Assembly: GCA_038533155.1 (NCBI GenBank)
Contig: JBCAZH010000002.1
Location: 82,582-146,581, forward strand
Source: Pseudomonadota bacterium
Lineage (GTDB): Bacteria; Pseudomonadota; Gammaproteobacteria; Steroidobacterales; Woeseiaceae
Direction of reading: 5' to 3'
DNA: 64,000 nt
Shown here: positions 62,588-64,000 of the stretch, piece by piece
How positions within the stretch are numbered: position 1 is the stretch's first letter
Layout: the number at the start of each line of letters is the position of its first letter
Notes under the pieces: model-generated
Told to the model about the DNA's origin: nothing
Seen by the model: the letters and a program-made list of their open reading frames with translations, nothing else
Databases searched by the model: none
Program-made: the position numbers and the translations under genes

Positions 62588-64000
62588 TTAGACTTTCTCG
62601 CCAGCAAGGTACAACCAAGTCTCGATGACCGTATCCGGGTTGAGAGACATCGACTCGATGCCTTGCTCCAACAACCAAGCGGCCAGTTCCGGATGGTCGG
62701 ACGGCCCTTGTCCGCAAATTCCAACATACTTGTTGCGTCGCTTGCATGCGCTGATCGTAAGTTCGAGCAGCGCTTTCACGGCTTCATCACGTTCGTCAAA
62801 CAAATCTGCGATCAGCCCGGAGTCGCGGTCAAGACCGAGCGCTAGCTGAGTCATGTCATTGGAGCCGATCGACATTCCGTCGAAGTAGTCCAAGTATTGA
62901 TCGGCCAACAATGCATTGGTGGGTAGCTCTGACATCATGATCAAACGCAGACCGTTTTCACCGCGGGCGAGACCTTCTGCAGCGAGCAGCTCAGTCACTT
63001 GTTTCGCTTGCTCTACGGTTCGAACGAAGGGAACCATCACCTCGACATTGGTGAGTCCCATGTCATTTCGAACACGCTTGATCGCTTCGCACTCCATGCG
63101 GAAGCAAGGCTGAAAATTCTCATCGAGATAACGCGCTGCACCGCGGAAGCCAAGCATCGGGTTTTCTTCGTTGGGCTCATAGAGCTCGCCGCCGATCAAG
63201 TTGGCGTACTCGTTGGATTTGAAGTCGGACAAACGAACGATAACCGGATGCGGTGCAAACGCGGCTGCAATAGAGCTGACACCTTCGGCCAGTTTGCTGA
63301 CAAAAAATTCACGCGGATCGGCGTAGCCTGCCATCTGCTCGTCGATCATCTCGCGCGTGTCTTCGTCGATATCGTGATAGTCCAGCAACGCTTGCGGGTG
63401 CACACCGATCATGCGGTTGATAATGAACTCTAGCCTTGCAAGACCGACGCCACGGTGCGGGATCGACGCGAAATCAAACGCACGATCAGGATTCCCGACA
63501 TTCATCATGATCTTCACGGGAACTTCTGGCAGCGCATCGAGTTCGATTTGATGCTTTTCGAACTCAAGGACACCATCATAAATGAAGCCCTCATCGCCTT
63601 CGGCGCAAGACACGGTCACCTCAGCACCATCTGCGATGAGATCGGTCGCATCGCCACAGCCCACGACAGCCGGAATGCCTAACTCGCGTGCAATGATCGC
63701 CGCATGGCAGGTTCGTCCACCTCGGTTGGTGACGATCGCCGCAGCCCGTTTCATCACGGGCTCCCAATCGGGGTCCGTCATATCGGCGACCAGGACGTCG
63801 CCACTTTGGACGCGCGCCATTTCGCTAACGTCGCGAATGACTTTCGCCTTCCCTGCGCCGATTTTCTGTCCGATGCTGCGCCCACTCGCAACCACAGTGG
63901 AGCGTTTCTTCAGTGTGAACCGCTGCAACGTTCTGCCGGTACGCGATTGAACGGTTTCTGGCCGCGCTTGCAAGATATAAATCTTGCCATCGTCTCCGTC
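62588..64000 (-). CDS. ppsA: Phosphoenolpyruvate synthase, C-terminal about 470 aa; the gene continues beyond the right edge
   Basis: The frame is open to the window end ([17 protein letters not shown]). It has the swivel domain with catalytic His ([21 protein letters not shown]) and the PEP-utilising TIM barrel ([11 protein letters not shown]). Confidence 0.92.
   Translation of the reverse strand, partial: DGDDGKIYILQARPETVQSRTGRTLQRFTLKKRSTVVASGRSIGQKIGAGKAKVIRDVSEMARVQSGDVLVADMTDPDWEPVMKRAAAIVTNRGGRTCHAAIIARELGIPAVVGCGDATDLIADGAEVTVSCAEGDEGFIYDGVLEFEKHQIELDALPEVPVKIMMNVGNPDRAFDFASIPHRGVGLARLEFIINRMIGVHPQALLDYHDIDEDTREMIDEQMAGYADPREFFVSKLAEGVSSIAAAFAPHPVIVRLSDFKSNEYANLIGGELYEPNEENPMLGFRGAARYLDENFQPCFRMECEAIKRVRNDMGLTNVEVMVPFVRTVEQAKQVTELLAAEGLARGENGLRLIMMSELPTNALLADQYLDYFDGMSIGSNDMTQLALGLDRDSGLIADLFDERDEAVKALLELTISACKRRNKYVGICGQGPSDHPELAAWLLEQGIESMSLNPDTVIETWLYLAGEKV

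Overview
Dense, GC-rich gammaproteobacterial core-chromosome segment with about 70 features and very little non-coding DNA. It keeps two classic gammaproteobacterial backbones known from E. coli and Pseudomonas. The first is queA-tgt-yajC-secD-secF / suhB / trmJ-isc...-ndk-rlmN-(pilW)-rodZ-hisS-yfgM-bamB-der ... xseA / guaB-guaA ... tadA ... mltF. The second is ffs(SRP RNA)-dnaX-ybaB-recR. Also present: rsgA/orn, and a scattered lipid and branched-chain catabolic set (MaoC hydratase, acyl-CoA ligase, tesB, ETF-QO, HADH2-like SDR, thiolase). There is also a giant (about 1600 aa) NAD-glutamate dehydrogenase, kynA, xerD-dsbC, one tRNA-Leu(CAA) and an ECF sigma module. I found no transposase, phage, CRISPR, toxin-antitoxin or recognisable defence genes. 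I do not see a convincing novel multi-gene system; the window reads as ordinary housekeeping DNA. The most unusual points are small lineage-specific departures from the conserved backbone. (1) A stripped-down isc locus: a slightly C-terminally shortened IscS-like desulfurase is followed by a non-canonical 117-aa ORF in the iscU slot, and iscR, hscBA, fdx and iscX are absent. (2) A four-gene insert between der and xseA, which includes a Xanthomonas-type MetX-like acyltransferase next to a 3-His cupin thiol dioxygenase. (3) An ECF sigma / membrane protein / protease-less twin-PDZ operon. (4) A two-gene insert between tadA and mltF that encodes a secreted acidic protein with a GlyGly-CTERM-like tail. 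All functional calls rest on by-eye motif recognition in the supplied translations; no database search was run.
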